NCBI RefSeq assembly: GCF_006345805.1
Contig: NW_021829284.1
Coordinates: 1 to 6,553 of the forward strand
Origin: Octopus sinensis
Lineage: Eukaryota
DNA: 6,553 nt
Direction: 5' to 3'
In this document: positions 6,431 through 6,553 of the stretch, one piece after another
How positions within the stretch are numbered: position 1 is the first letter of the stretch
Layout of the letters: each line of letters starts with the position of its first letter
Made by a program: the position numbers and the translations under genes
The notes under the pieces: generated by a model
Seen by the model: only the letters and a program-made list of their open reading frames with translations
The model's database searches: none
Told to the model about the DNA's origin: nothing

Positions 6431-6553
6431 GGATGACACAGGCGCCCTATGGCTTTAACACAAAAAGAGAGACACAGAAACAATATCAGCAAGCGTGGAA
6501 AAATAATTACCTTTTCGGTGATAAGACACATGTTGAACAAGTGGCCGATGGAA

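Larger units (their letters stand above)
2626..6553 (-). mobile_element. CR1-group (CR1/L2/Zenon-like) non-LTR retrotransposon, copy A; 3' end intact, 5' end runs beyond the window
   Basis: ORF1, then APE endonuclease, then RT on the minus strand, followed by a short 3' UTR with stem-loops and an (AATC)6 tail instead of poly(A). The linker (NPRSFYRYAK..IGPL..EILNEQFKSVFT) and C-terminus (YCSQLWSP..LEAIQR..YWERLKRLKLYSLERRRER) are typical of CR1-group ORF2. No C-terminal CCHC or RNase H is seen. Clade assigned from motif recognition only. Confidence 0.93.

Noticed and set aside
1-6553. LTR retrotransposon interpretation of the terminal direct repeats
   Set aside because: The repeats contain ORF1 and endonuclease coding sequence, lack TG..CA ends, PBS and PPT, and the enzyme is a LINE-type APE/RT with no protease, RNase H or integrase.

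Overview
Eukaryotic (metazoan-type) repetitive DNA. On the minus strand lies a near full-length CR1-group (CR1/L2/Zenon-like) non-LTR retrotransposon, copy A (2626 to beyond 6553). It has a CCCH-zinc-finger ORF1, an APE-endonuclease/reverse-transcriptase ORF2 broken by three homopolymer frameshifts but no nonsense codons, a 68-nt 3' UTR with two abutting hairpins, and an (AATC)6 tail. Downstream in the same orientation is the 5' part of a second copy, copy B: 1-909 matches 5598-6553 with 15 substitutions plus 31-bp and 16-bp indels. The ~1.7-kb region between them holds a GA/CT-rich tract and two ~200-bp direct repeats enclosing a compound (TA)n/(CA)n minisatellite built on a 35-bp core. The most notable unexplained signals are (1) a candidate 64-nt spliceosomal intron whose removal would give ORF1 its otherwise missing start codon, (2) a CCCH rather than CCHC/PHD finger in ORF1, (3) a 23-bp-stem hairpin where the ORF2 frame opens, and (4) the head-to-tail arrangement. 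All counts were made by eye; no searches or folding programs were run.
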